From NCBI GenBank assembly GCA_965637545.1, contig OZ281494.1:22878001-22942000 (forward strand): a DNA stretch of 64,000 bases, in the 5' to 3' direction. Positions 63,727-64,000 of the stretch are shown in pieces. The DNA is from Phallusia mammillata. Lineage: Eukaryota. Positions within the stretch are counted from its first letter, which is position 1, and each line of letters starts with the position of its first letter. Position numbers and translations under genes: made by a program. The notes under the pieces were generated by a model. The model saw nothing but the letters and a program-made list of their open reading frames with translations. It was not told where the DNA came from and searched no databases.

Positions 63727-64000
63727 TTTGTTTTTAAATTATTTTTCAATGTCAAGTTATTTTTACTAAATACAAACCAAAATATTTAGTCAAGTAGCAA
63801 AATATGCAGACACATCAGCTCTCATGTGGGTTCCTGGATTCGATATGGGTAAACAATTGCAAGAGTTGCAAAAAGAACCAGAATTGTTAGAAAAATAAGA
63901 TTATTTTTTGACATAGAACACTTAACTAATACTAATAAAACATTTCGCATCACATGGACTAACACATTGCACAAATTTAGACACTTCCGATTAGCACCAG

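Overview
AT-rich eukaryotic genomic DNA with short GT-AG introns. It is probably from an invertebrate chordate such as an ascidian; this is inferred from intron size, gene content and MITE types, not proven. All exon models were assembled by hand and checked for splice-phase continuity. Genes from left to right: (1) the 3' part of an intronless CD151-like tetraspanin (+); (2) RASEF/RAB45 (+, 11 coding exons found, EF-hand exons not found); (3) a complete CARMIL/LRRC16 gene (-, 40 exons, about 1448 aa); (4) tRNA-Lys(UUU) (-); (5) an unrecognised 5-exon gene for a 180-aa disordered protein (-); (6) an unrecognised single-pass receptor with an FN3-like ectodomain and Tyr-containing tail (+); (7) a truncated, frameshifted LRR-receptor pseudogene fragment (-); (8) an LRR-Ig-TM receptor whose tail matches the ITAM consensus (-); (9) an intronless SEM1/DSS1 (-). 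At least 14 non-autonomous hAT-type MITEs with 8-bp flanking duplications are present, several nested. Two inverted copies have swapped TSDs, which points to a 357-bp inversion. Most interesting: the ITAM-bearing LRR-Ig receptor with neighbouring orphan receptor genes, the TSD-swap inversion, and a possible CPI-only CARMIL isoform.
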